Source: Squalus acanthias
Taxonomy: Eukaryota
Direction: 5' to 3'
Assembly (NCBI GenBank): GCA_030390025.1
Contig: CM059432.1
Coordinates: 51,896,001-51,960,000 of the forward strand
Length of the DNA: 64,000 nt
Shown: positions 61,936-64,000 of the stretch, piece by piece
Numbering within the stretch: the stretch's first letter is position 1
How the letters are laid out: each line of letters starts with the position of its first letter
Made by a program: the position numbers and the translations under genes
Notes under the pieces: model-generated
The model's input: the letters and a program-made list of their open reading frames with translations, nothing else
Databases searched by the model: none
What the model was told of the DNA's origin: nothing

Positions 61936-62646
61936 GGTGTCTTCCTACAAGGAAACAGAGAAAGTTAGCATGCAGGTACAGCAAGCAATTAGGAAGGCAA
62001 ATGGCATGTTGCCTTTATTGCAAGGGGGTTGGAGTACAAGAGTAAGGAAGTCTTACTACAATTGTACAGGGCTTTGATGAGACCACACCTGGAGTACTGT
62101 GCACAATTTTGGTCTCCTTATCTGAGAAAGGACATACATGCCTTAGAGACGGTGCAACAAAGATTCACTAGATTGATCTCTGGGAAGATGAGGGTTGTCC
62201 TATGAGGAGAGATCAAGTAGACTGGGCCTATACTCTCTGGAGTTTAGAAGAATGAGAGGTGATCTCATTGAAACATACAAGATTCTGAGGAGGATTGACA
62301 GGGTAGATGCTGAGAAGTTGTTTCCCCTGGCTGGAGTGTCTAAAACTAGGGGGCATAGTCTCAGGATAAGGGGTCAGCCATTTCCGACTGAGATGAGGAG
62401 GAATTTCTTCACTCAGAGGGTTGTGAATCTTGGGAATTCTCTACCCCAAAGGGCTGTGAAGGCTGAGTTGTTGAGTATATTCAAGACTGAGAGATAGATT
62501 TTTGGACTCTAGGGGAATCAAGGGATATGGGGATCGGGCGGGAAAGTGGAGTTGAGGTTGAAGATCATCCATGAGCTTATTGAATGGCGGAGCAGGCTCA
62601 AAGGGCCAAATGGCCTACTCCTGCTCCTAATTCTTATGTTCTTATA
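61936..62646 (+). mobile_element. CR1 3' fragment
   Basis: RPHLEYCAQFW, RRMRGDLIETYK and FFTQRVVNL. TTCTTATG tail. Confidence 0.92.
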
Positions 62647-63314
62647 TTCCGTGTCACACACAATCCCAACTTGGACATACATCGCCGTTCCTTAATCCTT
62701 GCTTAGTCAAAATCCTGGAACTCCCTACCCAACAGCCTTGTGGTAGTACCTTCACCACATGGACTGCAGCAGTTCAAAAAGAAAGCCCAACACAACCTTG
62801 TCAAAAGAAAATAGGATTGGGCAATAGATGCCGGCCTTGCTAGCAATGTCCACATCCAGACAATAAATAAAAAAAGAGAACAGTCCCATTCTTAAACAAT
62901 GACAGCACTAACTTCAATGCCTTTTGAAGCTACAATTTGCTCTTTCAGCAATAAATGGTGCAAGTATTTTACACTATGGGGTAGATTTTTATCTTCATCC
63001 CCTGGGTGGTAATCTGGTAGACCGGATCACCCACCCATTATAGAATCCGTCCAATCTTCATTTCATTGATTTCAATGGAATGAAAATAGGGCGGGTTTTA
63101 CATTTTCGTTCCATTGTCTCTTCTTGAATTGCTGCAGTCCATGTGGTAAAAGTACTCAGTGGTTTTATATAACTGAATGGCTTGCTAGACCAAGTCAGAG
63201 GGCAGTTAAGAGTCAAATTTTGGTGGCATGCGTGAACTCACAAATATTGTTTTGTGGAACAACAAAAATTATCCTTAAAAATAGGCTACATGCACTATGG
63301 TGAAAATGCAAATT

Positions 63315-63540
63315 CACCCAGAGGGTGGTGGGGGTCTGGAACTCACTGCCTGAAAGGGTGGTAGAGGCAGAAACCCTCACCACATTTAAAAAGTACTTGG
63401 ATGTGCACTTGAAGTGCTGTAACCTAGGGGCTACAGACCAAGAGCTAGAAAGTGGGATTAGGCTGGATAGCTTTGTCGGCCGGCGCGGACACGATGGGCC
63501 GAAATAGCCTCCTTCCGTGCTGTAACTTTCTATGATTCTA
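63315..63540 (+). mobile_element. CR1 3'-end fragment (same subfamily as 44870-47875)
   Basis: VVGVWNSLPERVVEAETL and tail TTCTATGATTCTA. Confidence 0.88.
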
Positions 63541-63812
63541 AGCTGCAAGACAGAGGCACCCAACTGATCTTGAATTTCAAGGTGTATATAAGCTGTGTGG
63601 ACATCAAAGTGCAAGATGAGTTATAAGAGATTGTGACAAAATATGTATAAATACATAGAAAATGCTCTTTTAACCAAGTGTTTTGATATTTGTGTGAATG
63701 GATATGATTTGAAAATGAATCAAGGCATTCGAGATGTCATGTCAGATAATCTTCTCTAGGCTTCAATGTAAAAATAACCATGAGTGCACACTCCATCATG
63801 GTAAAACAGTAA

Positions 63813-64000
63813 GGGGGCGAAATCTCCAGTGGGAGGCGCTAAAGGGGCGCAAATGGCTTTTCGCCTCCTGCGAGGCTCTCGCTAAATTCCACAGGAGGTT
63901 AGCGGCAGCGCCACCGGGTATCGGCCCGATTTTTTGTGCCCGGAGATCATGACGTCATCTCCAGGCGCAGCGCCCCGGTAGCGCCTCAGGAGAAAAATTC
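63813..64000. mobile_element. Short or partial family-A-like MITE at the window edge
   Basis: GGGGGCGAAAT terminus, GGCGCTA/TAGCGC motifs and ATGACGTCAT. Confidence 0.65.

Noticed and set aside
1..64000. CRISPR arrays, rRNA/tRNA genes, prokaryotic operons
   Set aside because: No regularly spaced repeat-spacer array or RNA gene is seen. tRNA-like A/B boxes occur only as SINE heads, and the DNA is clearly of vertebrate type.

Overview
This is eukaryotic, repeat-dominated DNA, most likely from a cartilaginous fish (shark-like; inferred from the repeat families). I can support no host-gene exon, so the window is probably intergenic or intronic. It is a palimpsest of nested retroelements: several CR1 LINE subfamilies, L2, a second CR1/L2-type LINE, RTE, a Tx1/L1 fragment, Penelope fragments with hammerhead-like cores, and Deu-type and other tRNA-derived SINEs. 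One young CR1 has an uninterrupted 978-aa ORF2 and an SGNH-esterase ORF1. PIF/Harbinger DNA transposons are abundant: a decayed transposase, Myb/SANT remnants, and many GC-rich non-autonomous elements, three with clear 3-bp TSDs. Four observations stand out. (1) A T-TTA-AAC/T slippery heptamer lies directly before the ORF1 stop in three divergent CR1 copies, with ORF2 in the -1 frame, making a candidate programmed frameshift. (2) Harbinger-type MITEs carry hairpin arrays with compensatory base changes between relatives. (3) An RTE insertion is flanked by a 305-bp direct duplication. (4) Two inverted RTE copies share the same inactivating mutations. Family names rest on motif recognition by eye, not on database searches.
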